DNA of 64,000 bases from Anaerovoracaceae bacterium (GCA_963625795.1 CAVFUJ010000001.1:1686-65685), one strand, 5' to 3'. Positions 45,551 to 55,876 are shown, counted from the stretch's first letter. A program made the numbers and translations. The notes: generated by a model not told the origin, from the sequence alone.

Positions 45551-47690
45551 AAAACCGCTGAAGGTAGCGGAGCTTAAACCCGGAGAAGCCGGCAAGGGTG
45601 TGGCAAGGGTCGATCCCGAAATTATGGGTATCCTCGGCATCAACGTCGGCGACATAGTGCAGATTGACGGTACAAGGAAAACCGTTGTGAAAGTCCTCAT
45701 GGGAGGTCCCGAGGATGCAAACAGAGGCATCATCAGGATCGACGGTTCCACGAGGAGGAACGCGGGAACAGGTATCGACGAACGTGTGGGAATCAAGAAA
45801 ATCGAAGCGAAGAATGCTACGAAGATAACATTCGCTCCGAGTCAGGAACTCAGACTTCAGGGAGGCGAATCCTTCCTCAGGGATACGTTCGACGGACGCT
45901 GTTTCGCGAAAGGAGATACCATCACGTTAAGCGTCATGGGAAACAAGTTCGATATGATTGTCACATCGTTCTCTCCTTCCGCAGACGCTGTCATAATGAC
46001 ATCGTCCACCGAAGTCAAGATCAGCGACAAACCCGCAGGTGCCAACGGTGAGATTCCGACTGTCACATACGATGATATCGGAGGTCTCGGAGACGAGGTG
46101 AAAAGAATCAGGGAGATGGTAGAACTCCCGCTCAGACACCCCGAACTGTTCAAGAGGCTGGGAGTCGAAGCTCCTAAAGGTGTGTTACTCCACGGACCGC
46201 CGGGAACAGGTAAAACGATGCTTGCCAAAGCTGTGGCAGGTGAGACAAGCAGTAACTTCACGTACATCGGAGGACCTGAAATCGTCAGTAAGTTCTACGG
46301 TGAATCCGAAGGAAAGTTAAGGGAAATCTTCAAAGAAGCGGAAGAAAACGCTCCGAGTATCATCTTCATCGATGAGATAGATTCGATTGCTCCGAAACGT
46401 GACGAAGTGTCCGGAGAAGAGGAAAGGAGAATCGTAGCCCAGCTCCTGGCTCTTATGGACGGACTGAAGTCAAGGGGTAAGGTTGTAGTGATAGGTGCGA
46501 CCAACAGGCCCAACTCTATAGATGAGGCTCTCAGAAGACCCGGAAGGTTTGACCGTGAAATCGAAATCAACATCCCGGACAGGAACGGAAGGCTTGAGAT
46601 TCTGCAGATCCACACAAGGGGAATGCCTCTTGCGGACGATGTGAATCTTGAGGAATTGGCCGACAGAACCCACGGATACGCGGGTGCGGATATCTCCGCA
46701 TTGGCCAAAGAGGCTGCAATGGCGGCACTCAGAAGAATCCTTCCGGATGTGGATGTCGAAGCCGAAGTAATCCCGGTGGAAGTACTGAACAAGATTCAGG
46801 TTAACAGAGGAGACTTCTTCAACGCACTGAAGGAGATGCAGCCTTCCACAATGAGGGAAGTGCTGATCGAGAAACCCAATGTAAGGTGGGAAGATGTCGG
46901 TGCGTTGGATGATGCGAAACAGGAACTGAAGGAAGCGGTCGAATGGCCTCTGAAATATTCCAAGATATTCCAGAACATGAACGCCAAACCTCCGAAGGGA
47001 ATCCTGCTCTACGGTCCTCCGGGTACAGGTAAGACATTGCTTGCGAAAGCAGTGGCAACCGAGTCGGAAGCCAACTTCATCGCAGTGAAAGGTCCGGAAT
47101 TCCTGAACAAATGGGTCGGAGAATCCGAGAAAGCTGTGAGAGAAACATTCCGTAAGGCAAGGCAGGCTTCACCCTGTGTCATCTTCATGGATGAGATCGA
47201 TTCGATCGCTCCGGAAAGAGGAACGGGCGGAGACAGCAATGTCACTGAAAGAGTCATATCCCAGATGCTTACGGAGATGGACGGTCTGGAAGCGCTGAAC
47301 AACGTTGTTGTGATAGCGGCAACGAACAGGCCCGACATCATGGATCCCGCATTGCTCAGGCCCGGAAGATTCGACAAGAGCATCTACATCGGACCGCCGG
47401 ACAAAGAGTCGAGGCAGAAGATCTTCGGCATACACACATCCAAAAAACCTTTGGATGCCGACGTGGATCTCGCAAAACTCGCCGAGATGACCGAAGGCTG
47501 CACAGGTGCGGATATCTCCGCTATCTGTAACGAAGCTGTCATGTGCGCCGTAAGGGAACTTGTCAGGAACAGCAAGGATCCCCAGAACGTCGACGCAAGC
47601 GAATGCAAAGTTCACATGAAAGACTTCGAAGCCGCAATCGACAAGTTCGGTCCGAAGGCAAGAGAGAAGCTGAAACAGTATAATCAGTGA
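45540..47690 (+). CDS. cdc48: Cdc48/VAT-type AAA+ ATPase (two AAA domains)
   Basis: Two Walker A GPPGTGKT motifs, two Walker [16 protein letters not shown] motifs, and an N-domain. AGGTGA lies 5 nt upstream of ATG 45540. Confidence 0.95.
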   Translation: MSNEKPLKVAELKPGEAGKGVARVDPEIMGILGINVGDIVQIDGTRKTVVKVLMGGPEDANRGIIRIDGSTRRNAGTGIDERVGIKKIEAKNATKITFAPSQELRLQGGESFLRDTFDGRCFAKGDTITLSVMGNKFDMIVTSFSPSADAVIMTSSTEVKISDKPAGANGEIPTVTYDDIGGLGDEVKRIREMVELPLRHPELFKRLGVEAPKGVLLHGPPGTGKTMLAKAVAGETSSNFTYIGGPEIVSKFYGESEGKLREIFKEAEENAPSIIFIDEIDSIAPKRDEVSGEEERRIVAQLLALMDGLKSRGKVVVIGATNRPNSIDEALRRPGRFDREIEINIPDRNGRLEILQIHTRGMPLADDVNLEELADRTHGYAGADISALAKEAAMAALRRILPDVDVEAEVIPVEVLNKIQVNRGDFFNALKEMQPSTMREVLIEKPNVRWEDVGALDDAKQELKEAVEWPLKYSKIFQNMNAKPPKGILLYGPPGTGKTLLAKAVATESEANFIAVKGPEFLNKWVGESEKAVRETFRKARQASPCVIFMDEIDSIAPERGTGGDSNVTERVISQMLTEMDGLEALNNVVVIAATNRPDIMDPALLRPGRFDKSIYIGPPDKESRQKIFGIHTSKKPLDADVDLAKLAEMTEGCTGADISAICNEAVMCAVRELVRNSKDPQNVDASECKVHMKDFEAAIDKFGPKAREKLKQYNQ

Positions 47691-47716
47691 TTTCACTGAC
47701 AGCCGACGTTTGTCAT

Positions 47717-47740
47717 CCTGCCGGGCATCCGCCCGGCAGG
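47717..47740 (+). terminator. Hairpin after cdc48
   Basis: CCTGCCGGG-CATCCG-CCCGGCAGG. A T5 run lies about 13 nt downstream. Confidence 0.5.
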
Positions 47741-47793
47741 CATACCTCCCATAATTTTTACCCCGAAAAAAGGGCAGTCTTATTATCTTCGGT

Positions 47794-48381
47794 ATGAATC
47801 ACAACGACCGAAGGTTGCATATCATGGATGTCGAACTCAGACACAATCCGACAGATTCCGAAACACTCTCCGACGTTTCCGAAATGCTCGAAACATCCCT
47901 GGAAAAAGATCTGCGTTATCCGTTCGAAGGACTTCTTCCGTACTTCGAGAACGGAAGTATGGACCTGTATGTTGCCTTTGACAGAGGAAACGACGTAGGT
48001 TTCACTGTCACCATCCCTCACGGAAAACTTCTCTACATCCTGTTCCTTGTTGTGAACGCAAAACACCGCTCCGCAGGATACGGAAAAAAGATTATCAATG
48101 CACTGAGAGAAACCTATCCCGACAAATCCCTGGTTCTCGACTGCGAAGAAAACCTTGTTCCCTTCTACGAACACATCGGAATCAAAGACTCAGGCTACAG
48201 AATGGAGTTCAGAAATATTCTTCTGTACGTCATGTGCGAATCCGAACTCTGTCTTGACGATTTCGCCGCAATAAACAAGGTTCTCGATCCTCTCGAAAAA
48301 GACAACGACACAGACTTTGTATGGATAGAACCGGACGGTACCAGACATGTAATTGCTCCCGGATGTCCCCTTAAGAAATGA
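47794..48381 (+). CDS. GNAT-family N-acetyltransferase (candidate)
   Basis: LYILFLVVNAKHRSAGYGKKIINAL resembles the acetyl-CoA-binding Q/RxxGxG/A motif. An extra C-terminal tail has no recognised family. Confidence 0.6.
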   Translation: MNHNDRRLHIMDVELRHNPTDSETLSDVSEMLETSLEKDLRYPFEGLLPYFENGSMDLYVAFDRGNDVGFTVTIPHGKLLYILFLVVNAKHRSAGYGKKIINALRETYPDKSLVLDCEENLVPFYEHIGIKDSGYRMEFRNILLYVMCESELCLDDFAAINKVLDPLEKDNDTDFVWIEPDGTRHVIAPGCPLKK

Positions 48382-48478
48382 GGATTCTCACAGTAAGTGG
48401 CACATTCTGTTACAACACTGTCAACACTTTGGGTTAAATGCAAAATGGCTTATAGAAGAGCAATTATTTTTATAAATA

Positions 48479-49426
48479 ATGAGCAGAGATGACCTGATAA
48501 ACACAACAAGAGCCATACTGGCCAAGGGAGGATACGATATCTCCCCGTTGATGTCTCTGCGTAGCATATGCTTCGATGTCGTCGGAAGAAAGGGCGACAG
48601 ACTGCTCATAATCAAAGTTCTCAGCAACATCGATGCATTCTCCAGGGAAAATGCCGATGAGCTCAAAGTACTCGCAGACGTACTTCACGCATCGCCTATC
48701 GTAATAGGCGAAAGATCGAGTTCCGGTCTTCTGGAACCCGGAATAGTGTATTCGAGATTCGGAATACAGATTATTTCCAACGAAACTTTGGCGGACCATA
48801 TTCTCGAAGACGCACCGCCGTTCATTTTCGCCGCACCCGGAGGACTGTACGTAAGACTGAACAACGAACTCCTCAGAGAAGTGAGGGAAAAGGAAGGAAT
48901 CAGTCTCGGAACCCTTGCGGAAGTCGCAGGAGTGTCAAGACGTACGATTCAGATGTACGAATCCGGAATGGGTGCGATGATCGATGCCGCACTGAGGTTG
49001 GAAGAATACTTAGACAGACCTCTTATCGAAACTGTCGATCCCTTCGAATACAAATCCGAAACACCCGAGAGAAGTTACGAACTCAAAGGTAATCTGAAAA
49101 CAGGTTCCCTGATTCTGGATCACCTGATCGACATAGGATTCGCAGTCACTCCTGTGGAAAGAAGTCCCTTTGATGCACTGTCGAGAAACAAAGACGTTGT
49201 CATCCTCACCGGCGTAGACGATCAGGATGAGAAACTCATACAGAAAGCAATGATTGCCTCGGACATTTCGAGGATATCCGGCAGAGCTTCCGTCATCATC
49301 GTGGAGAAGAAGCACGGTAGAGATAATGTAGAATCAACTGCTATCGTCTCCAAGGATGAACTGAAAAAGATGGACGACAAGAACGAACTCACGGATGTCG
49401 TACTGTCCAGGGGCGGAAAACAATGA
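48479..49426 (+). CDS. Conserved archaeal putative HTH-type transcriptional regulatory protein (XRE HTH in centre)
   Basis: The N-terminus LLIIKVLSNIDAFSRENADELKVLA and the central REKEGISLGTLAEVAGVSRRTIQMYESG match my memory of the euryarchaeal family (about 315 aa). Confidence 0.75.
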   Translation: MSRDDLINTTRAILAKGGYDISPLMSLRSICFDVVGRKGDRLLIIKVLSNIDAFSRENADELKVLADVLHASPIVIGERSSSGLLEPGIVYSRFGIQIISNETLADHILEDAPPFIFAAPGGLYVRLNNELLREVREKEGISLGTLAEVAGVSRRTIQMYESGMGAMIDAALRLEEYLDRPLIETVDPFEYKSETPERSYELKGNLKTGSLILDHLIDIGFAVTPVERSPFDALSRNKDVVILTGVDDQDEKLIQKAMIASDISRISGRASVIIVEKKHGRDNVESTAIVSKDELKKMDDKNELTDVVLSRGGKQ

Positions 49427-50049
49427 TATCTTTCAGAATCGGAGAATGCGATTTCGATCTGATACCTGCCGTAAAAGGACTCATTTCCGAAAAAGAAAAG
49501 GTTCTTGAGGCATTGGATTCGAAAGAATACGATGCGGCCGCAGTCGCATTGGGCGCAGAGGATGTTCAGGCTATAACCAAAAGAAACGAAATCGAGGGTG
49601 AATTCGAACCCAGCGATTTGGATGTGGTCTACAGCGGAATCCTCGCCGAATTCGGTCCGATCGATATGCCCGATCCCGCATCCACCGTATTGATTGACGA
49701 ATGCGGTAAAAGAAACATCCCCGTGATTCCGTTGGATATGACTGATGAAGAATACACACAGCTGTACTGTGAAACAGTATCCACTGTGGAATTCCTCAGA
49801 GAGAAATACATCATCAAGAAGGCTCTCAAAAACAAATTCGACAAATCTTCACCGGAAAAGTTCGCAACAGAATGGGATGACCTGGTCAACCATCTCAAAG
49901 GATATGCCATGATGAGTAAATACCGTGAAGAACACATGGCAAATCAGATCAAAGACATTTCCAAGTACCGCAGAAAGGTATTGGTTGTAGTGGAATACGA
50001 ACGTGTCAAAGGCACAATGGACTCAGTCGGTGAACACGTTGACCTGTGA
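49423..50049 (+). CDS. TraB/Tiki-fold-like protein with degenerate catalytic motifs (candidate)
   Basis: LIPAVKGLISEKEKV...YDAAAVALGAEDV and C-terminal YREEHMANQI...KVLVVVEYERVKG parallel the TraB pattern LIGTAHVSxxS...PDxVxVEL and ERDxxMA...VVGAGHxxG, but lack the His and Glu residues. ATGA overlap with the upstream HTH gene. Confidence 0.4.
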   Translation: MISFRIGECDFDLIPAVKGLISEKEKVLEALDSKEYDAAAVALGAEDVQAITKRNEIEGEFEPSDLDVVYSGILAEFGPIDMPDPASTVLIDECGKRNIPVIPLDMTDEEYTQLYCETVSTVEFLREKYIIKKALKNKFDKSSPEKFATEWDDLVNHLKGYAMMSKYREEHMANQIKDISKYRRKVLVVVEYERVKGTMDSVGEHVDL

Positions 50050-51136
50050 CAGATGCCTCGAATGTAAGTCCAAAGGAGACAGATTCTGTTCTTTCTGCGG
50101 AAGCGATCTTTCGTACATTGACTGTAACGAATGCGAAGAACACCGCAGAAAAGGAGAGAGATTCTGTTCCTTCTGCGGAAACGAAGTCAATCCCCCTGTA
50201 AAAGAAAGCGCATCGTCGAAAGCAACTGTCCTCGCCGGAATCATCCTTACGGTTGCTCTGTCGCTTTATCTGATATATGAATCGATAACAGCGATATGGG
50301 GAATAAGCGTAGTGTGGGATCATCTTCCGTCATACACACACGGTTTCTTCGTCGTTATACCGAAAGTAGTCACATTCTTCAGATTCGGCGGCACCGGTCT
50401 GCAGATATACTATCTTCTGATTATGATTGCAGCCCTGTCTTCCGTGGTGTATCTGTTTGTAATGTCCTACAAACCGGTGAAGGAAGAAGGCATAAAGGGA
50501 CTGAAGAAAACACCGATTTACGAAGTAATGACGCTCTTCTCCGCACTCATATTCCTGGAAGTGATGTACATCCTGATTCTGAATTCCCAGGGTGTGGAAA
50601 CCACATCGCCCTTTGATGAAGAAGACTGGGAAATGATGTTCTCCCTGCTCAACGCTTCCGTCTACGAGGAAATCATCTGCAGGATACTGTATCTCGGTGT
50701 ACCGATGTGCATACTGGGACTTATACTGAAGAAAAAAGGTACACCCGTTTCGGGATACATTTTCGGCGGATTCGGAATGAGCAAACTGTCGTTTGTGTTC
50801 GTTGTCTTCTCCGCGGCAATGTTTGCAATGGCACATCTCGGAGGATGGGGATGGTGGAAGATTCTCCCGACATTCATATTCGGATTGATTTCAGGATTCC
50901 TGTTCTGCAAATACGGCGTATACGCAACAATCAGCATCCATTTCCTGACCGATTATATGGGTGCGGCAACATGGCTGTCAAACCCGATAGCGGGATTCCT
51001 CTACACAGTCGCGGTTCTCGCTGCATTCTTCGGAGGCATTGCCTTCGTACAGCCGTACACCAGCAAAGGAATCAAATGGCTCAGGAAAGAGTTCGGAAAG
51101 AAATCATCCGAGGAGTCCGGAAAGGATTCCCTGTGA
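50003..51136 (+). CDS. Double zinc-ribbon fused CPBP (CAAX/Abi) intramembrane protease
   Basis: Two CxxC...RFCSFCG repeats at the N-terminus, followed by TM helices carrying EEIICRILY (EExxxR), FAMAHL and HFLTDY motifs. The start is uncertain (ATG 50003, GTG 50030 or TTG 50039), and all three overlap the upstream gene. Confidence 0.75.
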   Translation: MSKAQWTQSVNTLTCDRCLECKSKGDRFCSFCGSDLSYIDCNECEEHRRKGERFCSFCGNEVNPPVKESASSKATVLAGIILTVALSLYLIYESITAIWGISVVWDHLPSYTHGFFVVIPKVVTFFRFGGTGLQIYYLLIMIAALSSVVYLFVMSYKPVKEEGIKGLKKTPIYEVMTLFSALIFLEVMYILILNSQGVETTSPFDEEDWEMMFSLLNASVYEEIICRILYLGVPMCILGLILKKKGTPVSGYIFGGFGMSKLSFVFVVFSAAMFAMAHLGGWGWWKILPTFIFGLISGFLFCKYGVYATISIHFLTDYMGAATWLSNPIAGFLYTVAVLAAFFGGIAFVQPYTSKGIKWLRKEFGKKSSEESGKDSL

Positions 51137-51862
51137 TTCCGCACCCGACTGGAAGGATCTGCATTCGATGATGTAGTTTCCTTTATATCCGCTGAGACTC
51201 TTCAGTACCTTGGGGAAGTCGATGTTACCCTCACCCAACGTAAGATGCTCGTCCATCTCGCCGTGATTGTCGTGAATGTGAATGTTCACAAACCTGTCTT
51301 TGAATTCCGAAATGAATTCGTCGATCTGTCCCACGGTGTTTGCGTGACCGATATCGAAACACATCTTGAGGTTCGTTCCGTCAAGTAACTGCTTCATCTC
51401 ATCAACTGTACGGCCGAGCATGAACGGGAACGAAGGCATGTTCTCTATGGCAACGGTAACACCGTATTCATCGGAGAGTCTGTCCAACGAACCCATGGAT
51501 TTCTTTGCCTTCATAATCGATTTCTCTTCCATGTACGGTACCGACATAGACGTAAGTCCGGGATGTACGGTCACGGTCCTGATATCGAGATTCATAGCCG
51601 ATTCCAAAGTAGCCAGCATCTCAATGACGGAATCCTCTCTGATTCTTTCGTTCAGCGATGCAATGTTGATATCGCTGATAGGAGCGTGAATTGAATACGA
51701 GATATCGTAAGCCTCTTTCATCGTCATGAAAAGACCTTCAACCTCTCTGAGGTGATGTTCCGCTTCCGCGAAAATCTCCCAGTGTTTGAACTGTTTGGCT
51801 ACTTCAGGAAGAACTTCCTTGAAATCATATGAGCTGAACTCGGGACACGATACTCCGATCAA
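51104..51862 (-). CDS. Sugar phosphate isomerase/epimerase (xylose isomerase-like TIM barrel)
   Basis: 252 aa with VTVHPG, IENM, DIGHAN and HIHDN metal-ligand-like motifs. Confidence 0.75.
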   Translation of the reverse strand: MIGVSCPEFSSYDFKEVLPEVAKQFKHWEIFAEAEHHLREVEGLFMTMKEAYDISYSIHAPISDINIASLNERIREDSVIEMLATLESAMNLDIRTVTVHPGLTSMSVPYMEEKSIMKAKKSMGSLDRLSDEYGVTVAIENMPSFPFMLGRTVDEMKQLLDGTNLKMCFDIGHANTVGQIDEFISEFKDRFVNIHIHDNHGEMDEHLTLGEGNIDFPKVLKSLSGYKGNYIIECRSFQSGAESQGILSGLLG

Positions 51863-52248
51863 ATCAAAACCTCCTCTCCGTCCACCGTAACAGGTGCGAC
51901 TCTGTCGATGACTGCATCCAATCCGCCGTCGGTAACGACAACCTTCATCGTACCGAGAATCGTCTTCTCTTCGCAGAAGGATATCTTTCCGACGTATGCC
52001 ACCTGCTTGTTCAGGAAGAATCTTGTCACATCTCCCCTCTTGCCTCTGAGCATAACGCTGCGGGCGGTGTCGAGTATCCTCTGCTTACGGATCTGTCTGC
52101 CGAAATGATCGAGATTATCCGTCTTACCGATAAGTCTGTCATCCGATTCGGTAATTTCCGCATCGGGGAAGATCCTCTCCATCGCCGTTCTGACCTTGTT
52201 GGAGTCCTCGCTGGGGAAGACCGGACATGTAATCTCGACCGTCATCAT
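51859..52248 (-). CDS. UPF0201 family (RNA-binding-domain-like) protein
   Basis: PSEDSNKV...QRILDTARSVM...FFLNKQVAYVGKISF...GTMKVVV pattern. ATGA overlap with the downstream gene. Confidence 0.7.
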   Translation of the reverse strand: MMTVEITCPVFPSEDSNKVRTAMERIFPDAEITESDDRLIGKTDNLDHFGRQIRKQRILDTARSVMLRGKRGDVTRFFLNKQVAYVGKISFCEEKTILGTMKVVVTDGGLDAVIDRVAPVTVDGEEVLI

Positions 52249-52352
52249 GATGTCTGCCGTAACCCTGCGTACGCTAATAAATGTTATTTCCTATTCAACG
52301 GAAAGGTCATATCAACCATTTTATCAAAGGAATACATGTCCGTTTTATTATC

Positions 52353-53822
52353 ATGAGCAAGGCGGAAGTACTGACGGCGGCAGCAAGGAGGAATATGTTC
52401 CTCTCACCGGAAGCAATGGAAATCATCATGTCCAATGCAGATCCCGTCGGTTTCGCAAATACGGTATTATCCGCTCTTTCCAACAATCCGATTTTCGTGA
52501 CAAAGGAGGATGTTTTGTCTTTCCTTCAGGGAGACAAAGCGATATGCGAATCTCCGAAGACATTCGATGCCCACAACAAAAGAAAATCGGATATGAAAAT
52601 AATCGAAAGCACCGACATCACCGGAAATTCTCTCTGTACCGGTACGGTCGAAGATTTCACAAGATATTTCCAAAACAGGTTCCAGATTCTGAAAAAGATT
52701 ATCGAAAGAAGGAGTGACTTCGGAATCTCCAAGAAAATCAAAGACGCACGTGACATCTACGACAGAGACGTAAGAATCGTGGGAATCGTAAGCGAAAGGA
52801 GAATCTCGACAAACGGTCACCTGATGCTTGACATCGAAGACGACGGAGGCGACAGAAACAGCAGCTGTACCGTCTTCATTTCGAAAGACAACCCCCATTT
52901 TAACGACATCATCACCAACGATATGGTCCTCGGATTCACGGGAAGATTCAGCAAACCCAAGGACGGAGGTTCCAGAAAGGGATTCTTCATTCCCGAGGAG
53001 GTCTTCAAACCCAGCGTACCGCAGTCGCACAAATGGGAGAAAAGCGATTCACAGTCCGTTGTTGCATTCCTTTCGGATGTCCACATGGGCAGTAAGACAT
53101 TCCTCGAGAACGATTGGCAGAAGATGATAAGATTCCTGAAGGAAAACAGCGAGAAGATGAATATCGACTACATCATCTTCCCCGGTGACGTCGTAGACGG
53201 CATCGGAATATTCCCCGGTCAGGAAGAGGAATTGGATATCCTCGACATTTACGATCAATATCACAAGCTCTCCGAATACCTGAAAGATATTCCGGACCAC
53301 ATACAGATGGCAATCCACCCCGGAAACCACGATGCGTGCAGACCCGCAGAGCCTCAGCCCGCTCTGAACAAAGCGTTCAGGGAATTCTTCGATTCAAACG
53401 TAATGATGACCGGCAATCCCGTGTATCTTAACATCGAAGGCAGAACCGTTCTCACATATCACGGCAGAAGCATCGACGATTGGGTCGCAGGTGTTCAGCA
53501 GCTTACCTACAACGATCCGCTGAGAGTCATGAGGGAAATGACCGACGCACGTCATCTGGCACCTATCTACGGTCAGAAGACCGCTCTCGCACCCGAGAAG
53601 AAGGACTACATGGCAATGGAGATTGTACCGGACATTTTCGTATCGGGTCACGTGCACGGTTACGGATTCATGGACTACAAAGGAGTCAAGATGATCAATG
53701 CCTCGACATGGCAGGATCAGACCGATTATCAGAAACAGCATAACTTCAACCCCGTGCCGGGAATCATGCCAATGGTTCATCTCGGTTCAGGCCTTGTGAA
53801 TATGATGAATTTCAGAAAGTGA
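52353..53822 (+). CDS. DNA polymerase II (PolD) small subunit DP1
   Basis: OB-fold region plus calcineurin-like phosphoesterase motifs FLSDVHMGS, FPGDVVDG, HPGNHD and SGHVHG. ATG 52353 is preferred over the track start 52281. Confidence 0.9.
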   Translation: MSKAEVLTAAARRNMFLSPEAMEIIMSNADPVGFANTVLSALSNNPIFVTKEDVLSFLQGDKAICESPKTFDAHNKRKSDMKIIESTDITGNSLCTGTVEDFTRYFQNRFQILKKIIERRSDFGISKKIKDARDIYDRDVRIVGIVSERRISTNGHLMLDIEDDGGDRNSSCTVFISKDNPHFNDIITNDMVLGFTGRFSKPKDGGSRKGFFIPEEVFKPSVPQSHKWEKSDSQSVVAFLSDVHMGSKTFLENDWQKMIRFLKENSEKMNIDYIIFPGDVVDGIGIFPGQEEELDILDIYDQYHKLSEYLKDIPDHIQMAIHPGNHDACRPAEPQPALNKAFREFFDSNVMMTGNPVYLNIEGRTVLTYHGRSIDDWVAGVQQLTYNDPLRVMREMTDARHLAPIYGQKTALAPEKKDYMAMEIVPDIFVSGHVHGYGFMDYKGVKMINASTWQDQTDYQKQHNFNPVPGIMPMVHLGSGLVNMMNFRK

Positions 53823-54932
53823 CCTGTGCGATTTCAGATGGTCTCTGACTTTGACTGCGATATATCCCGTCACGATACTCAGTATTATTGCGGTTATTGC
53901 AACGGCAAATCCCTGTGCTATCGGAAGGACCGGTACATAATCCACAAGATCGAATGTGCAGAACGGTGAAACCAGGAGTTTTCCGTAGAATGTATGCATC
54001 ACGAGGATTGCAAGCGTGTGTTCGCCGAGGAATGTAAAGATCGTCGAAAGACCGGGTATCCTCGAAAGCAGGAACGAGAATACCAGAAGAACATATCCGC
54101 ATGAACACGCCAATATCAGGAATGTGTATGCGGACCATCCGCCGTATGCTCCGTAACGTGAAAGGTTGAATCTGAGTCCCGTGGGGAAGTATACTGCGAA
54201 TATTATTCCGATAACCAACATAGCGGCGAATATGAGCCAGTAGCGTTTTGTGCGCCATCCTGTTTCGACAAACTCAACAACTTTATGCTTTCCGAGAACG
54301 GCACCTATGAGCATCAATGCAGCCGCAAGAGGTCCGCTTTCCGCATAGAACGGGAGTTTGACGGCAACAACCTCAACCAGGAAGCATGTTACGGTAGCCA
54401 AAAGGAAAATCGTAAGAGCCGTTCTCTTAACGTCCTTCAGTGCCCAATCCGCCACGGCGTAGAATATGATGAATGCGACCATCATAATCTCAAGATAATA
54501 GTAACCCTGACCTACCTCGAACACGCTGTACATGGAAACGGCGGTACCGTACTGATTGAATGCGGTCTTACCGATGAGACATTTCCATATGACATCGGGA
54601 AGATCCGCGATATTGAGGTCGTATCCGGTCATTGAGAGATAGAAGAACATTATCGCAGTCAGAATGACCGTACACGCAACATATACGACAAGAATCTGCG
54701 AGATACGTTTCTTCACGTTACTGCAGAATCCTCTTTCCGGCCTGTAGAAATATCCCGAAACGATGAAGAACATGAAGAGGTAACAGTACACAAATTCGAA
54801 AAGCGGCGACGGGTCCGAATCTTCCCCGGTTCCGGATGTGACGAATACGAAATGGATCATCACGAGTCCGAAGATCGCTATGCCTTTCAGCATGTCAATC
54901 GTTCTCAGACGACCCTGCACTTTTCCCTCCAT
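53787..54932 (-). CDS. Acyltransferase-3 family membrane protein
   Basis: RLRTIDMLKGIAIFGLVMIHF at the N-terminus and about 10 TM segments. The 3' end overlaps the convergent DP1 gene by 36 nt. Confidence 0.75.
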   Translation of the reverse strand: MEGKVQGRLRTIDMLKGIAIFGLVMIHFVFVTSGTGEDSDPSPLFEFVYCYLFMFFIVSGYFYRPERGFCSNVKKRISQILVVYVACTVILTAIMFFYLSMTGYDLNIADLPDVIWKCLIGKTAFNQYGTAVSMYSVFEVGQGYYYLEIMMVAFIIFYAVADWALKDVKRTALTIFLLATVTCFLVEVVAVKLPFYAESGPLAAALMLIGAVLGKHKVVEFVETGWRTKRYWLIFAAMLVIGIIFAVYFPTGLRFNLSRYGAYGGWSAYTFLILACSCGYVLLVFSFLLSRIPGLSTIFTFLGEHTLAILVMHTFYGKLLVSPFCTFDLVDYVPVLPIAQGFAVAITAIILSIVTGYIAVKVRDHLKSHRSLSEIHHIHKA

Positions 54933-55051
54933 GCGGTTGCCTTCGCATAAGAGGAACAGCTGTTATTATAATAACCCTAGTGTCGGCGCATATGTGCCAA
55001 CACGGAAAAAACGTACAATTTTTGATATTTGACGATAGTAAAGTGTTTGCG

Positions 55052-55073
55052 GATGGCGGCATAAGCCGCCATC
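55052..55073 (-). terminator. Hairpin at the end of the ATP synthase operon
   Basis: GATGGCGGC-ATAA-GCCGCCATC starts 4 nt past the stop of the 50-aa ORF. T-runs lie further downstream on the minus strand. Confidence 0.5.
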
Positions 55074-55077
55074 GCGG

Positions 55078-55230
55078 TCACAACAGTGTTTGATCCACCA
55101 GTGCCCAGATGATGAGTATGAAGCCGAGTAAGAGCATCGAATAGGACACTATCCAGATTATCTTGAACGCTCTTGCGAGTTTTACAGGATCGTTCTTGAT
55201 ATCCAGGTAGATGTCCTCGATCGATTTCAT
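55078..55230 (-). CDS. Small single-TM hypothetical protein (50 aa) at 3' end of ATP synthase operon
   Basis: It is not in the supplied track (under 60 aa). My hand translation is MKSIEDIYLDIKNDPVKLARAFKIIWIVSYSMLLLGFILIIWALVDQTLL. The ATG lies 1 nt after the atpD TAA, and a hairpin follows at 55052-55073. Confidence 0.35.
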   Translation of the reverse strand: MKSIEDIYLDIKNDPVKLARAFKIIWIVSYSMLLLGFILIIWALVDQTLL

Positions 55231-55231
55231 C

Positions 55232-55876
55232 TTATTCCGCGACCTCGCCCTTTCCTTTCAGGAACTTGAGACGGTTGGTGTTCTCCCTGTCCATCTCCTC
55301 GAGTGTGAACTTGACGAATCTCATCGCCTCTTCCAACTCGGGAATCAGTTTGAACTCCATAGCGTTGACTCTTCTCTTGGTCTTCTCGATTTCATCGAGG
55401 AGTCTCTTCATCGTGGTCTCGATCTCGGCAGCACGGATGATGGTCTCCAGCAGTTTCTCGAAAGCCACGGAGGCTTCCTCGATGTAAGGGGAGGTAGAGA
55501 TGACACCGTATCCCTTGTTCAGGATATCTACGTGTGTCACATCCGCCTCTACCTTGGGAACCATCATTCCCATGATGCTTTTGCTTCCGACCTTGACCTT
55601 GGGTTCCGTCTTAAGGGCATATGCCGCGCTCTTGACCGCAATCTCACCTTCAACTGCTCTGGCTATGGAGATCTTCAGCATAGCGGACTGGTAGTCCGAT
55701 GCAACCGATCCCCTCATCGCCTTCGCTTTCTCCATCACGTCGAAGAACTCGATGATGAGACCGTCTCTCTTCATCTTCATGATCTTGTAACCGTTTTTGG
55801 TTGTCTTGATCTTGTTCTTCAGTTCGATGAGAACCGAACGTGTCGGGGTGATATCGTGGCTGGGCATGGAACTCAC
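55232..55876 (-). CDS. atpD: A-type ATP synthase subunit D
   Basis: 214 aa, a coiled-coil central stalk protein in the operon position after B. Confidence 0.9.
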   Translation of the reverse strand: MSSMPSHDITPTRSVLIELKNKIKTTKNGYKIMKMKRDGLIIEFFDVMEKAKAMRGSVASDYQSAMLKISIARAVEGEIAVKSAAYALKTEPKVKVGSKSIMGMMVPKVEADVTHVDILNKGYGVISTSPYIEEASVAFEKLLETIIRAAEIETTMKRLLDEIEKTKRRVNAMEFKLIPELEEAMRFVKFTLEEMDRENTNRLKFLKGKGEVAE

